DNA from: Gammaproteobacteria bacterium
GTDB lineage: Bacteria > Pseudomonadota > Gammaproteobacteria > SG8-11
Reading direction: 5' to 3'
Assembly (NCBI GenBank): GCA_024641505.1
Contig: JAHECY010000006.1
Coordinates: forward strand, 1,512-65,511
Length of the DNA: 64,000 bases
Under the pieces are notes generated by a model. The model worked only from the letters and a program-made list of their open reading frames with translations, had not been told where the DNA came from and did not search any database. Shown here one piece after another: positions 63,696 to 64,000 of this stretch (its first letter is position 1; each line of letters begins with the position of its first letter). The position numbers and the translations under genes were made by a program.

Positions 63696-64000
63696 TCAGC
63701 GTATCTTCAACGTGGCCAGACCAACCAGCACCAGAATCACGGTAATCACCCAAAAGCGAACGATGACACGAGGTTCGGGCCAGCCTTTCAGTTCAAAATG
63801 ATGGTGCAGCGGCGCCATGCGAAAGATGCGCTTGCCGGTCAGCTTGAAAGAAGCCACTTGCAGGATCACCGAGACGGTTTCCATGACGAACACGCCCCCC
63901 ATGATGAACAACACCAGCTCCTGACGCACAATCACCGCGACCACTCCCAGCGCCGCGCCCAGGGCCAGGGCACCCACATCACCCATGAACACCTGCGCCG
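63696..64000 (-). CDS. mraY: Phospho-N-acetylmuramoyl-pentapeptide transferase MraY (C-terminal part; 5-prime end beyond window)
   Basis: The C-terminal sequence ...[22 protein letters not shown]...[22 protein letters not shown] is characteristic of MraY. The ORF continues past position 64000. Confidence 0.85.
   Translation of the reverse strand, partial: AQVFMGDVGALALGAALGVVAVIVRQELVLFIMGGVFVMETVSVILQVASFKLTGKRIFRMAPLHHHFELKGWPEPRVIVRFWVITVILVLVGLATLKIR

Overview
High-GC (~60%) gammaproteobacterial chromosomal window with Pseudomonas-like synteny, containing five blocks. (1) Positions 1-10.3 kb: a Bat-type (MoxR/DUF58/VWA/TPR/BatD) operon on the minus strand, followed by a large STAND-type nucleotide cyclase with an N-terminal double zinc ribbon, an NB-ARC-like AAA ATPase and TPR repeats. 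This cyclase runs off the left edge of the window, which is why the ORF track does not list it. A second HAMP-containing class III cyclase lies at 11.2-12.8 kb. (2) Positions 13.2-31 kb: a bacteriohemerythrin gene convergent with a long minus-strand chemosensory operon. Its order is a response regulator with C-terminal REC, a CheB-like protein, MCP, CheW, CheY, a CheA carrying a tandemly duplicated HPt module, a second CheB-like protein, a zinc-ribbon-ParA ATPase, and a NitT/TauT ABC transporter. Both CheB-like proteins appear to lack the catalytic Ser and His, and no CheR is present. An acidic LysM protein with reversed HubP/FimV-like topology is encoded divergently from this operon. (3) Positions 33-43.4 kb: the type IV pilus locus pilS-pilR, three tandem pilin genes (the first behind a sigma54-like promoter), and pilB-pilC-pilD. 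(4) coaE-zapD-yacG, mutT/thiE-argJ-secA, an M23 peptidase, a small hypothetical gene and lpxC. (5) The dcw cluster ftsZ-ftsA-ftsQ-ddl-murB-murC-murG-ftsW-murD-mraY, partial at the right edge. A 25-bp palindromic REP family (GTAGGGTGCGTAWTACGCACCCTAC) is scattered through the intergenic regions. At three loci it is associated with tandem duplications of the flanking sequence, including two degenerate copies of the secA 3-prime tail. A (TGTTAC)n microsatellite upstream of the MCP matches an inverted TGTTAC repeat upstream of the hemerythrin gene. The main candidate for a previously undescribed system is the chemosensory/ParA/ABC-transporter/reverse-HubP module.
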